This document shows positions 1 through 13,900 of a DNA stretch of 64,000 nt, piece by piece. How positions within the stretch are numbered: the first letter of the stretch is position 1; each line of letters opens with the position of its first letter. A model generated the notes under the pieces. The model was not told where the DNA came from. It saw only the letters and a program-made list of their open reading frames with translations, and made no database searches. Location of the stretch: NCBI GenBank assembly GCA_002633005.1, contig NMRA01000557.1:214155-278154 (forward strand), given 5' to 3'. The position numbers and the translations under genes were made by a program. This DNA is from Phoronis australis. Lineage: Eukaryota; Animalia; Phoronida.

Positions 1-2
1 TA

Positions 3-435
3 ATGACTGGTTCTACTCACAGCACTGTTGCCAGTATTATGGGTTACTATCAACAACCATGTGTCTCAGCTAAGATGGGTTCAAGTAAAGAAAGATGTGC
101 ATTAAAACTATTCCAGGAAGCAACGTGCTCAGCACAGAGACAACTCCAAGTCCAACAGGCCTTCTGGTGTCAACGAAATCACCTTTCATAGCAGCCAGTC
201 CCGATGGAACAGAGGTAGTCTCTTGCAGTTGCTGTGACAGTGGATGTCGCCAAATGAAGTGCCCATGGAAATACCAACATCAGTCTGTGCCACATTATAT
301 AAAGCAGCCACATTACTGTATCTAGTTAGCTGATAATGGCATAACCGTAAAGGCTGGTCATAGGTCTTATGCACAAATCAGACAAACATGTAGGCCTACT
401 GTGATAAAAAATGGTGTGACTTTTGGTTTACACGC
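3..435 (+). pseudogene. YqaJ-like (lambda-exonuclease fold) nuclease remnant, frameshifted; runs off the window start
   Basis: Across frameshifts it reads ...TGLLVSTKSPFIAASPDG..VSCSCC.SGC.QMKCPWKY...GHRSYAQI...KKWCDF. This matches the YqaJ motifs GL.V...P.LAASPDG, C.CC..G..E.KCP, H.YY.Q.Q and WCDF. Such ORFs are known accessory genes of ISL2EU-type transposons. Confidence 0.8.
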
Positions 436-1079
436 ATGAGCGGCAAAGCACTGACATGAGCGGGGGGGGGGCTACACATGTATACATGTAGTTCCTACGC
501 TACCTATGATGCACGCGCCCATGTCCATGGGTGGCGCAGCATTGAAATAAGCGGTGCTGCGCCCGTGACGGAGCGGCTAAGACGGACAACATCATTGTTT
601 CAAGAGTAGTCATAAACGAACAATTTATTGATAAACTCGTTCAAACGGCTTCAATAATATTTGAAACGTGCATCATCCCTGAACTGGAGTTGATATTAGC
701 CCAGGATAAAGTACAAATCCTTTATAATGTCCGAATAGTCACGAGCACTTTATTTTTGAGAGTTGGTCAAAAAGGTACAAGAAGGAGAGCATTAAATAAT
801 AACAAAGGTTTGGCATTGAGATATCAACAGGAATATGTTAATGCAGATGAACTTGATTAAATGTACATGTATGAGAAGGAACCTTTGGAATATGTGCGTT
901 GTTGCAATAGTTTGTTGTAACCATGATAGACTTACATACGTTATGGGACTTTGGTAATTGTACTTGTTATCGACGTATTAAAATTCATAAAAGGGCGGAA
1001 CGCTGTTAAGAGGTACAACTGAAATTCACGTTGCTCAGGTCAAGCAAAAAATCCATTGTTACGGTGTGCAGTCTTCCTT

Positions 1080-1490
1080 TACCATGACTATATCTGTGCT
1101 CGCCATATCTACTGCACAGAACCAGGCCTTAATCTTCGGCCGACGGACGGATTTTTGTGGTGCCAATTTAGCGCTGGTGTAAACCTTTGCCATGTTTATT
1201 GCCAATACTAAAAGAGAGAACACAGAACGTTAATTGCGTTTTAGTACGCCTACATGCACATGCACGTGTCTCTACGCCCCATTACACCGTAACTTACTGT
1301 ACGTAGACGCGCCATTAAAAATTAAAAGGCCGTTGTATGACTGATGTGTCTGTGTGTGTCTACGCACTACGACAGCACTACCTGCATGTAACAGTTGCAT
1401 TCACTAAAGCATGTAGTTCATGTCATCAACCACGGATGTCATTCAATAAATATGTTAAAGATGATATTCTCATTAAAACCATGAATATCT
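1080..1490 (+). repeat. Old interspersed repeat; diverged copy at ~38470-38930
   Basis: Shared blocks include aatcttcggcc, ggtgccaatttagcg, aaagcatgtagt.ca..tcatcaac.acggatgt and caataaatatgt. The block ccagttattaatggtcaaa occurs at 1982 and ~38898. Confidence 0.7.
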
Positions 1491-2889
1491 AAATTTGTAG
1501 CAAGAGTCACCTAGTGACTTCCTGGAGAACTGTGTGTACAAGTATAATCAATAAAGAAACAATTCGTAAATATTGCGGTTTTAAAGGCAACGCTGCAGCT
1601 GATACATGTACATGTACAGTGTACACTTAAAAACAAGTGTCAACGTACAGAAAACCCTAATAATTCCCAATATTTTACACAATTGCTAGTTGATAGTGAA
1701 ATAAACAAATAATTAAAACTGTTCGTTGTACAATTAGGGCAGCGGTGAAATATTAAAGTACTCGTCTTACATAAAAACTGTCTTACAAAGCGGGACTTTC
1801 GCGAGATTGTAATGCTAACTAGTTCTTGGATGATTTTTGGCACTCTGAAAAACCCGGGGTTGTTTGCAAACTAGTAGTTCATGTGCATAATCCCAACTTA
1901 ATTAATGGGACATACAACTATTGCATCTTTAAAATCATTGATTTTTTCTTGAAACAAAACAAATTCAGGGGAATTCATTGTCCAGTTATTAATGGTCAAA
2001 ATATTGAAAATGATAGCTTAACTCTAAACCATATTAGTTGTTTTTCCACAAACATATTTTTCAAAATCATTTTTATAGAAAAATGTTGGTTTTACGCTGC
2101 AAAAGGAAACTGTAGTAAAACATATGCAGCAGTTAGCCGGTTCTAAAATACAAATAAAGTCACATTTGCCCGTGTTGCGCTCCAAACAAATGCTGATTCA
2201 TAGTTATTATCAAAACACTGAAATCCTGAAAGCGATCGCTGATAGGCTGATATTGCATTGACATGGGTGGCGAGTCTTCGAATGCTTATCACTTATTTTT
2301 GTGCCATATTGTGAAGAATTTACATCGTATTTTATCATCATCAGCCGTGCTGACTTGCATTTTACTGTTTGCCATAGTTTTGTAAAAGACTCGAAATGCC
2401 TTTTTATGAATCCTGGTTGTTCAAACTTTTGAAACAGACTCTATTCAAAGGGGTAGGACATTGGCATACCATCGATTGCCTCATAGGGGCTTGGGTTTAT
2501 CTGTTCCTCAATCACCACTGACGCAACTCATTACTATAAAAACATGAATGTTGGACACTAAAATTCGGTTTGCTCAGCATTTTCTACTCAATTTTTCATA
2601 CATGTAGAACTCCCTGAAATCAGCATTTTGACCGAACAAATACCTTCATTCACATCATCACTTTGTAGTGGTGATTTTACGACACAAATGTCAGAAAACG
2701 CCAAAATTACCAATTGGGGATAAATTTCTTGACTTTGGCGTAGGAGTTGCTTGCTCAAACTCAGAATATTATCTTCGACAGGCGTACAAGTTGAAGCACA
2801 ACTAGAATCTGCCATGTTAACTCTTTGGGTCCTTGAATTCAAAACTTTGAGTGTGTTTTGAAATTTTTGCCACCAATTCATCACCCCAG

Positions 2890-3125
2890 TGATATATTGA
2901 TGGGGTCAAGGAAAGATAAGGCTTCGGAAGAAATATCCAGAGGTGGTTGACAACTACCAGAAGTACGACTGCAGAGTGTGGTGTTTTCCCATGGAAGTGA
3001 AATCCAGAAGTTTCGTGGGACAATCTATGTCAGGTATTACATTGAGACAAAGGAAGACAGTGGTGGGTGACATAGGATACCAGGATGAAAGAGCATCGCG
3101 GTAGTTGTGGAAATGAAGAACAGTG
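2890..3125 (+). mobile_element. 3' fragment of an R2-superfamily (HERO-like) non-LTR retrotransposon, restriction-like endonuclease C-terminus
   Basis: Translates RKKYPEVVDNYQKYDCRVWCFPMEVKSRSFVGQSM...DERASR*LWK*R. This matches the K.KY..L.....W....PVEVG.RGF.G.S...AERASRWLW motif, with nonsense mutations. Confidence 0.65.
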
Positions 3126-6100
3126 CATTGAGACAGAAAAGCTCTAGCGTCCCTGAAGCTGCTGGAGGGAACTACAGTTTATGAGAACAAATGCCAATAT
3201 ACTATCGTGATTGCCTCGTTTGGCGCAACTCTGAAGGCTGTTGTGGACAGTGACAAAACAGCCAAGGAAGGAGGACTTCCAACTCGTGAGAGAACTGGCG
3301 TCGTCTTACCAGAAGTTTTCAGACAACTCAACGGGATCGTTGTGTCACGTCTGCGCTCCTCAATCAATATTAGTATAGCTGGTTGCGTCACAGGTAATTT
3401 TAGCCACTTGGCAAACCCAATACACAGATTTTGAACAATTTACCAATGGCGCTTGTTTACATGGGCATCTCTACATGTACAGGTACATGTATGCATCTTC
3501 AATATTGTGAAGCAATATCTGAATATAATTGACAGTCAATGCGCTATCAGAATAAAAATACTTATATTCATTAAATGGCACTTCGACTCAGCTAGCAAGT
3601 GTTATCTGAATTTCTTTATTCAGATTAGGAACGATTTCGGATCCCTTGGTGCCATGCAGGCCTCAAACTTGATAGTACCATCTTGTAAGAATTTATATCA
3701 GTTTGACTAAGGACGGCATCAAATTTTAAAAATGAGGTCAAGCATCTTAGCTTTGATACAGCAACAATTGGCCACTTCATAAGTTAGTAATCTAAGAACT
3801 TGTGAGCTCTGATAAGCGGCATTGACGTACAGTATATACGGGTACAACGGGCGGGGAATATGACGCACTGATCGATCAATGCAAACCCCTCTCCGTGCGG
3901 TAGGTAACATTAGCTGCAGTACGGTAGAAACTAATTCATTCTATGATTGTGAGGCTGGCCCCGTTTCCTACACCTGCTCATCCCCAGCTGTTCCTTGCAA
4001 AGGTCCTAGGTTACTTCTCAGGGACAGAAATGTATTCCAAATTCACTCAAGATTCCAAGTTCACAGGTTGCAACAGGAGTACTCGGCTCGTAGTAAACCA
4101 CGTGCCTTCAACTCTTCGGTAAGTTTGTTGCCACACCTCTTCTGAGATAAAATGCCAATGCCTTTAAGCTTCAAAGAAAATCCACACTTGAAAGAATCTC
4201 TTGCGGAGATTCAATTGCAGCTGGGGATTCACGTGATATGCATTGCACATTTTTCCAAAAGACCAATCTTTCAAAGTTCTTGAACAAACAAAAGGTAAAC
4301 AAGTGGTATGGATGTAAAATCTCAATTGTTGGTTGTGAGAGTGACCGAAATCCGATAGATGGCGAAGTGCGTCATTTCTTCGAAACACGCCAGTCAGCTC
4401 AGCCAAGGCTGTTATTTTATGTTGTTAGGTCATTTTTTGATGCAGCAATGAGCTCATACTTATATACAGTGTAGAGGCGTTGTGGCAGCGGTGTAAAGAA
4501 AGTTCATCACTGTGCGAAGTAACCATCGAGGTAAAAGACAACGAGTTAAAAACTTTGCCAGGGTAGAGGTACACCTCCGAAAACTAGACCTAGCCTTCGT
4601 GCATATCACCTCTTTTTAATATATCGTTAAGGAATTCGAGTACCGTCTTGGAGAATGGATTGCTTTTTGTTCAGTCTGAGGGGGGGTTCATTCCAAAAAG
4701 ACTTTTGTTGTGTTTTGCCCTGGTGTGACGTACAGCAGACCTACGCAGCTAACCCGGGATTTTTTGGCATAGTACAGATACCTGTAGCTTATCCTCTGAC
4801 ACACCGCCACCCATACTGAGAAGTGGCCCTGTGGAAACATGATGCTTACAAACGTAAATCCGTGTGTGAGCATCAGTGCACCTATTTGGTGGGAAGTTTA
4901 CCGATCACATCGCTACTACTCGCACACGGCATCTATGCGCCATGGACAGCGTGTGCAAGTAGTGGTGATGTAATGCACTGTACCTGTTTGGACTCAAGCT
5001 CCTAGGATTGGGGCTTCCTTGGTTTTGTTACTTTGACACTGTCCGTTTTAATAAATCGCAACTATTCAAGTCAAAGGTCGTCGCCATGCTACGTACGTAC
5101 ATGTACATGTACATGTAGCAGTAAACTGTTCGGAAAGGGTTAACCAGATTTCAAATGTCATGACGTTAGTTTCATTATCACTTGGTTATCTCTTCCTGCT
5201 TTAATCAACGGAGAATCCATGCATTGAGCGGGAGGTGGTTCGAATTTTTAGAAAGGTGGACCTTTTGCAAACGTCAACAGTCGAGTTCTTGGTAAGGCGC
5301 TTGACGCAGGTTAATTATGAGAAAGGGAAATCTGTATCAACTACAACGATGGCTCTCAGCTCTATGTTCCTGAGATAAGACGGAACTTGTAATACCAGAT
5401 GATGATGTCATGACGGTTGCTCGCAAACAACATGAATCAAATAGCGGAGTTGCAACCGAATCGATTTAACGATTGCGCATGTCCGGAAATTAGGGTGCGC
5501 AAAGGCTATTGGTATTGATTAGGGAATATGGAATGGCCGATTGGTTTGCACGACGTGTGATATGTTTGCGTTAAACTACGCTGCTGTATGTAATTCTGCA
5601 GCTATTCGCCCTAATAAGCGCCCATGCCCCAATAAGTGTCCCAACGAGTTTTCAGACTTTGCTAAAGTAAACGCCCAGCCCACGAACAACATGCGAAAAA
5701 TGCCTTACCTACACTTCTAACGTCTCCAATTTACAAAATTGAAAGATACGACAGTCCTAAATTGGTAGACCACGAGCCTCACCGTTTTGTCCATATACAC
5801 TTCAAACTTAGGCCGCGATTCAAGAAAGAACGCAAATGCTCTTGCAAGGGATGTGCCCCACTATACGCGGGTCTGGACTTTGAAAACAGACGCAGCGTAC
5901 TTGTCAGCGGGATCGCATTGTTTCTTTCGGGTACAGAACTTCTCAGGCCTCAACGGGAATCCAAACTTCTTTGTACACGTGACAACCGTGAATCGAAGAC
6001 TAATAAGAATTAGCACGCGGCCAAGAAGCGCACGCTGCATAATGTACCGACTGTCATCGAAGACATTTAGTCGGGAAGTGTCTATTCATGAAACGGGTAA

Positions 6101-6932
6101 CATAGCATCGGCAAGAAATAAATATTGGCACTAATTTCCGAAAGTTTCTAATACGGTCAAAAACTTTTGCATTATTTTTAAAGAGAAATTATTTAACTAA
6201 TCATAATTGGTGTGTTTAAATTTAAAATGACTCACTGATAGTGAACAAATTCGCACCCTTACACCCCCAATCTTCTGGAAAATAGCTGTTACACTACGGT
6301 CACGCATCCACTCACCCGGCGACTCAATGAGTGACATATTGGTCTTACCCAAACAATTCTCGAACGTTTTTTAGCAGATGAGGCCAGCAAGTGCTAAGCT
6401 AAATATTAAATACGCTCTGCTTGACTGTTTGAGTTACTTTCTTTGGATACAATGCACACCTAGATCATTACATCGCACTTACTCTGGCAAATGAACTCTG
6501 ATGACAAGCACGCTTACTCTCGCAAACACGCATACAAACTTCAAAACAATCGTCACGTGACAACAACACTGTGTTCCTCCAGAGATTTTTCTTGCGTTGT
6601 GAACTACAATCTAGCGCAGATTTGGACTTAATCTGCAGTTAATCCAGACTCCACAAGAACTTGGAAAACTTGAAGAGGATTTCAGGTACTTTGTTGAGTC
6701 GAAGCTGTATTCTTATTCAAGAATTCGAGCCCTATCGACGATTGCGAGACCGGCAGCTACGCATTTGTCGGCGAGATTTCGCCCTGCAATTTCAGCACAA
6801 TTTTTTGAAAAATGATTGTAATTTAACAACGTATTTTGATAGCAATGTACCACAATTTTGTAGAAAATAAATAATAATAGTCTGCACGACCCAGAACAGG
6901 TGATTGTGCACAGGCATTATCCTCAAAATTGC

Positions 6933-7273
6933 TCATGCTGGCTTGCTTCTGGTCAAGCAAAAATAAGTTTCTTTCACTACCAACCGCCGTGGAGTATTTG
7001 TAACTGTTTCTTTCAAGGGAAATATTGCTGGGTAGTTTCGAGGATATGTTGTCTTGCCGCCCTCCGCAAAAATAAGCGCTGCATATGTTATGCTACGAAG
7101 TCGGAAAGAATTTACTAAGTCGGCCTTTGCTACCAGCTCTACCGATGTGTCTGACCCATAATTAACGCAGTTCTTGACCCTTGGGAAACAGGTAGCAACT
7201 AAATTCTTTATCTCGCTAACTGGAATTATAGCAGCCAGGCACACAACACGTATACCCTCCCTGTACTCGCCAT
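6933..7273 (-). pseudogene. THAP zinc-finger N-terminus of a DNA transposase (ISL2EU/Harbinger-type), with stops and frameshifts
   Basis: Reads [39 protein letters not shown]...FFPTS*HNICSAYF, then after a frameshift EGGKTTYPRNYPAIFPL. This is the C2CH THAP signature (CCVPGC, FP, W, CS.HF, P.IF). Confidence 0.8.
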
Positions 7274-9147
7274 ACCGTAAATAGTACGCTTACAATCACC
7301 GCCCTTCCTTCTGAGCGGCTTTTACTAGGATCAAAGAGAGTGCGGCGCTCTTGTCGGATACTTTTGTGTTGACCGCATTGTCCTGTGCGAGGAAGACACA
7401 ATTAAGTGTAATTACCCGACCATAAACTGTCGTAAGCATCACTGCCTGTACATAATGGCGAATTTTCAAAATGCATTAAGAAATATTTTTGTTAAAAACG
7501 AATACTACGTTGGTATTCAGCTGGATTGTCAAAAATCGATGAACTTAAAAGCTAAAACTTGCAAACATTGGGTACGATTAAAAATAAACGACCACGCTCA
7601 TTGATACAATCGGGGGATTTACAAACGCTGACCAGAGATAACAATATTACATGGATTATTCTATTAATATTCTTTCAATCTCGTTTAACCAGATTTTTGA
7701 ATAGGAAACAGTTGTATTTAACTTGTGCCGTTTCTATATTTTCATGGCTGACAAAAAGTTAGAATAATTATGTAATTAGTGCAACCGAAATCGTCCAAAG
7801 ATTCCAAATTTTCAGATTGGCTATCACAATTTGATTTTTTGTATATTCTGTGATTTGAGTTCAAATAAAGATTAAACTTGCATTAATGACACAAGTGGTT
7901 TTGTTCGCTGTGAAATGTTTAATGTAGCTGTAATCTGGAAAGTTCAGGGGTGGGTTCACAATTAGCTAAACTAATTAATTTTCGTTGGCGATCAAACCTA
8001 CTACTGTTTTTGGTTCTTAAAGTTTAAAAATAAAACAAAAAGATATCAACCCTTTCCTGGCAAGAAAAAAAACAACATGAGTATTAAAATGAAATACACT
8101 GTAACAAAACCGGTATGAAACATATTTAATTTAAAGCCATCGTTCCTTTGGGAAGCTGCCATGGTCAAGATAAACACAAATTAATTTTTTAGTCATTTTG
8201 TAATATTTAAAATGTACCAAGTTAAAACTGCTCTCTACAGTAGCAGGCTGTAACTTTGTGCAAATGCCATAGAAAACCAATTTGGGTGTACTAACAACCA
8301 TCAATTTTGAGACAGTAGTGCTAGCTATTACCTTCCGACTTCATTAGCTCAGATCTACGTCAATACAAAGGACGAGCTGAATAGTCATCATAAAATTTGT
8401 CTGGGCTAAGGGAATCTGAGCCCTGATCAGAAGTTATACACATGGCGTTAGGCCTACCTACTCCCAAACTTTCAAATCGGGCTTTTTTAACTGAGTGATT
8501 ACACCTCATCACTTACTCCGATGGAAATATTTATTCAAAGAATGGCTTGACGTAATATTTCATCTGATAAGTATTTTTATTAAAAATTGCTTACATCGCT
8601 GGAAATGGGAACAGCCCACTATTCCGGAAACGCACACACGTGTACACGCTTGCATGTCAATCCACCTATCCACAATCGAATTGGACACTGGATGAAAAAC
8701 ATACCTGTGTTTGACGAGCACTTTCAATTCCAAATTTGAAAACACCTGCCCATTACTGTACCATGCTAGCAAGGTTGAGATAACAAATGTACATTGTATT
8801 TTCTGCTGTCTTGTTTCTTGATCGATTTTAAGGCATTCACACCGCACTATGACTTTTTGGAGCTTTCTCGCTGCTGTATTATTTCTATGCTCCCTTCTTA
8901 CCCGACGGTGTAACCACAACGTATGCTCAATACCGATGAGTAACATAAAGCCTCCGTTTGTCTACACGATCTTGTAATTTACGCAAATACCACTTGGGCG
9001 AAGTTGGCCGGGTACGGCTCGATGATTACGTGAAGCCCTTTGAATTAGAAGCAAATTCAAAATTATTGCTAACTTAGTTGTACTTAGCAGTACCAGTAGC
9101 TGTTACAATTTTGTTGTTGTCCATCTGTATCCTATCTTTAACGGACA

Positions 9148-9420
9148 GGCTGGGGCTGGACCTTTCCGCCGCGGGGGGGGGAGCGGGTGTTCGTTCGAAC
9201 CCCTAGAACCCCCCCNGGGGGGCTCGAAGTGGGTAAAAAGGTCCGCCTCAGAGAAAAAAAATAATCATAGAAAACGAGACAAAATTCCACTAAAAAGGCG
9301 CAAACGCAGAGTTCGCAGACCTGAAGGTGGTACCCCGTTTTTTACTCATCCCGTTTTTTGTTAGCAAAAAGTTCACTTTGCCACAGATTCGAGCACCTCA
9401 TATTAAAGGCTGGGTGCGGC
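9148..9420. mobile_element. GC-rich-ended MITE (hAT-like); related copy at ~58040-58232
   Basis: Both copies share tggg.aaaaaggtccgcctcag, aaacgagac, gtgg..cccgtttttt and the terminal ggctgggtgcg. Contains the gap 'n' at 9216. Confidence 0.55.
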
Positions 9421-10850
9421 AGTATTTCTTCAAGTTGGAAGGAAATAAACACATCGACGACCTCCTAAGGTATCCTTCTATGCGCAAAAGGTATGTACAG
9501 TAATGTGACTTCGGTGTTTAGTCAGTGCGAGGCATAATTTCCCGAAAAGCTTCCGGCGTATGAAGCGGGGCTCCATCGTCTCTACCGGCGGTCATCGTCT
9601 ATGTATTTGTAAGGGTTTTGAATCAAATTTTGATGATTTATTGATCTAAAGTGATAAATGTAAGCGATAAACTGACACTAGTGAGCGTCTTGTGAACTGC
9701 TGAACATACTGTGTTAGAACTTATGTCTTCATCGGTTGACATCCGTCTGTCATCTGTTGTCGGGTAACTGAACTTGCTGTTATCGAGTGGATCTAAATTA
9801 ATGCTGAAATTTCTAATACATTGATGGTTTTTGTAATGTACACATCTGTTAAGATATTTGTTCAGTACATGCAGTATATAGGTTTGCATATGATTTCCAC
9901 TTTCAAATCAGTTTTTCATGTCAGTGTCCAGCATTGTGCCACGTTGTATCATTCAGATCGTGAACGTTATCCACGATGAATTGGTGAAATCGTTCTTCAG
10001 GATCAAACTTCTCCATTTTCTTGAGGATATTGCGTACTATATTGCAGAAACTAAAGGCACATTGGAGTGTCCATTCATTGAAGCCATGAACCGAAGTGAA
10101 ATGAGGGAGATGGCTTCAGGTAAGGTCACCTGTCAAAACTTTGCATGTACTTCTAAGTGCGCTCTAGACAAGCCCCACTGTTCTAGGTGACTCAAAACAA
10201 TGACGGATTTACAATATCCAGACGAGTAAATCAACCTTGCATCTGAGAGACTAACCGTAGAAACAATAGAACTTAACTCGGTGTAACTGTGTAAAATATA
10301 AAAAGGCTTCCTCTAAATCGCTGTCCGTTAATTTTATTTGTTGAAAACGATAACACAGATTGGCTTCAACGAATTTTCTTCCTTTCAAGGGACGGTCAAC
10401 TTGAGTCATTTTGACGTGTCAACTATGCAGTTTGTTCTTGAGTACATGTACACTGGGCACTGGGAATTGGGCAATCAATGCAGGGAGAGCGTCATCGAAC
10501 TCGCCGACTTCCTGTTGCTTCAAGATCTGAAAACATACCTGGAGGACGGTAAACCGCCTCCGAATACATTAGACGTGATGAAAGTTGGTTGGGGGCTGAG
10601 CGTGGTCCAGCTTAAAGAGGAAATTGCAAGGTCCAAACCAATCTGAACAACAATATGGTCTAAATTCTAGTTTATAATTATCATTGCTATATTCTTAACA
10701 TTAACTGAATTGTACGCCGCTATACAAAGTTATTTGCATATTTAGTGCCGTGGTGTTGTAACGACATCGTTGTAACGGAGAATAGAAACGGCGCCATTTT
10801 CGTTCGTTGCACATCTGTGACGTGGTGTTGGGGAACACAAAGGAAGCAAT

Positions 10851-12801
10851 ATGTGTCCAAGTGAGTACAGCAGCGTAGATGAGGAATACTTTGAACGATA
10901 CAGGGACGGACAGGTGGACTTTTCAGATGATTCCGACCTTTCGGACGTGGAGGTTGAGGTGACAGATCCCAGAGGAACAATATGTGTTCACAGCTTTTCT
11001 GTAGTGGAGCCGTTCTCCCTCGATCACTTTCACGACCCTTTCTCTGGTCGCCGAAGACTCACTCCCAGCGGGTTCGTCCTGTGAACGTCAACAGGCTGAA
11101 GGTGCGCAGGAGTTGCGATTAGATGTTAGTGATTGGTAAGAATATTATCAATATGTATCCTACAACCGCGAATTATAACTTGGTCTTTTTTAATTCAAAA
11201 GTAGTTGCTTTACCAGTCAGTCCCAGGCGCCCCATATCCCCATTGATGAATCGTGTTTCAGCCGTGGATAAATACCAGTTTCAGTGATAAAACTGGGATT
11301 TTTTGCATTTTAGCAAGTCACTCAAAAAGTGTTAGGTCTCTGATTATTTGTAGACAGTGTGGCTCAGTGGTTTGAGCTCGTGAGACTCAGGTTCGAATCT
11401 TGGGTTTCACTGGCATGCAATTGAGCATTGAACAAAATTGTCTCTTACTTCTCCGAGACTGAGTGGGGTGTTACTAGTGAGTGAATAATTGTATGCAAGG
11501 GAATGAATGAGAACCACTTTGGAATAATCGACTGTGAATTGTAAAGAAGAGGATGAAAGAATTGCAATTTTATAATTTAGACTTTCTCACCTTGGTGCTG
11601 GGGGAGGGCATAATTCTATAGGTTATAGAACAAGTCATTTCATTTTCGTACTCAAGTCAACTCGGACCTATATCAATCTATACATGTGTTCCAAAACAGT
11701 TTTATTTTGTAAGGCGATGCTTGAAATGGAAACAACCATTTCATGTCGATGTACATTGACCCAATGTTGCCATTATTTATAAATGAAATATGGTACATGG
11801 CTTGGTTACGAGTCGACTTGGGTAGGAACCGCCTGGTAAAGTTTCTATAGAGTAAAGAGAGCATACCATTGGATTGGTGATTGCCCATATAGCATATCAA
11901 GAAGTTTTAATGTATACTGTAATATTTAAAATATGGGCGACCCTTTGAGTGGCAACACTGCTTTTCAAGTTGGTTTGCCCCATTGTCATTGTCTAGTTTG
12001 ACTAATGGTATGTGAGTGCCGATAGGATTCAGATTGGGAGAACAGGTCTCACGACTACTTACAAAACAGTCCCCTCCATCAATGAATCAGGGCAACTACC
12101 TTTTGTCTTAGGGTCAGCTAAAAAATCAAACAACTAATGTCCATTACTATATCCCCTGGGCATGATCTACCACAGCCTTGGGTGTAGCACTATTCATTTG
12201 TATGAAAACTAAATATCTTTACTATATATGATCAATTTGTACAAAAAATAAATAGGTTGTGATGTTCCAACCAATTTTCCTGAAAACTGAGGTCGTATGC
12301 AGACCCCTCAATTTGGTAGAGGCACTCTTGGTAAATTTTTCAATTCGAAATTTTGATGTTTACTGAAATAATGTATTATTGTTGACACATCTTGCAGGTG
12401 CACCTGGGGCAACTGTCAGACAACCTCAGTTGTTGAAGAAAGAGTATTTTGCCAAGAGGTTGACAAGGTTGTTGCAAAACTTGATGAAGAAATGAAGCGT
12501 GACAACTAACACAGAAGAAAAAATGTATTGTTGGGCATGGGGGTTTAAACCTGTATACATCAATCGTGGTGTTTTGGAGACTGCATGGTTGCAGTACAAA
12601 AGCCAATATCCTGATGGCTATGACAGACCCTTGGATAAAAGGATTTGACACGTGGCCTGCAGACAGTTCCAAAGATGGGTACACGGTCACTTAGAACAAA
12701 CAGTCCGTGTTGTCATTCCAACATGCGCAGTATCCTGCATCAGAGCTTTCTAACCTCCGCCAGGAAATGAGGAAGACTTTGAGTTCCAAGGATTTTCTTA
12801 A
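10851..12801 (+). pseudogene. P2X7 cytoplasmic 'ballast'/Nanor-like Zn-binding protein (Kolobok accessory, KolX-type), two exons, decayed
   Basis: An acidic exon 1 ends ...ELRLDVSDW (GT at 11136). Exon 2 from 12398 reads CTWGNC...EERVFCQE...GFKPVYINRGVLETAWLQY...RI*HVACRQFQRWVHGHL..VRVVIPTCAVSCIRAF*PP...FQGF*. It contains stops and frameshifts. Confidence 0.8.
11353..11560 (+). mobile_element. tRNA-derived SINE remnant within the ballast-gene intron
   Basis: Pol III A box TGGCTCAGTGG (11360-11370) and B box GGTTCGAATC (11390-11399). No cloverleaf can be folded. The 3' end is approximate. Confidence 0.55.
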
Positions 12802-13351
12802 AAGTTTCACCCATTTATAGATATCAACAGTTGTCTTAGCCCTGGAATGCCAACTCCTCCACATGACCTATGTATTCTGTTATAAAAACTTGTGACTCGG
12901 GGACTAGTTTTATGTAATTCAAACGAGTTGCAAAAAGTTGTAGTGACAAATTCCATAGAAATATCAAACGTAACAAACGAATGCAATCGGAGTGCAACCT
13001 CAGCGGCATAAAATTGAAGTAGGCATTCCATGAATAGACTTCTGTGGTTTCAGAATGGTAAATAATTAACACAGCGAGCAGCATTTATTGATGCTCATCA
13101 ATCTGGTTACTTATAATAACATGGTCATGACAAGTGTAAATTAACTAGGACTACATTATAAACCTCTAAACTCAACATCAGTTGAACTTATGGTTTACCT
13201 AGGTAAACAGAGGAATTGGTCTCATTGGAGTCCAGTTTGTGTGCTTGAAGCGAACACATTGAACAGTATGGCTGTTACATAAAAAATTTAAAAGTTTTGA
13301 ATCTGGGCCATAGTCTGAAGTCGAGACTGAATCTTCTGCCCTCTTCTTATA

Positions 13352-13491
13352 CAGTAGAACTCTCTAAATTGGTAGCGCTTCAGTGGGAACTTTAGAAAGG
13401 TTATCATTAATTCCGCAGTAACGCCTCCAAATAACTCTAACTTTGATGAAATATCTCAGTCTCACTGGATACAACTTAGCGAGTTCTACTG
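13352..13491. mobile_element. 140-bp Tc1/pogo-type MITE
   Basis: TA|CAGTAGAACTCTCTAA ... TTAGCGAGTTCTACTG|TA: terminal inverted repeats with TA on both sides. Confidence 0.8.
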
Positions 13492-13900
13492 TAATTCAAT
13501 GAGAAATCAAATAACACGACACAGCAACCACTGAATCTCAACCCAAAAGCTCCAGTATGCAATAGCTTTAGATGTCTATGACATGGTGTGAAAACACAAA
13601 AAGTATGCACCTGAGTAGGAACTGGGAAATCTGGAGGGAGTGCTTATACCACTCACTCAAAAATTCCCAAGACAATGTTCGAATTCTGTGCAAGTGATTA
13701 TTCTGTGTACAACTTAGATGAGATTGTCGCACGAAAAGACTGACGACCCAAACAAGTACCTTTTCACCCCCACTTAAGAAAGTCTTCCTTTACCGACCCA
13801 CTGTATGGGACAGCAACAGTTTAGTGCAAATCAAACATACTTAAAAAAGCTATGCCGCAATATTCATAGTCATTGTATTGAAGAACCATTGAAATGTTTC

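Noticed and set aside
3150-5010. Coding-looking stretches (3207-3434, 3879-4474, 4688-5005) as the missing DDE transposase core
   Set aside because: I could not find convincing DDE_Tnp_4 or other motifs in any frame; left unannotated pending an HMM search.
9403-9425. TTAA-AGGCTGGGTGCGG as a Kolobok left end
   Set aside because: It matches the end of the MITE also seen at ~58216-58232 and has no partner TIR; the real Kolobok end is at 10616.
11353-11410. tRNA gene
   Set aside because: A and B boxes are present but too close together, and no acceptor or anticodon stems form; better explained as a SINE head.
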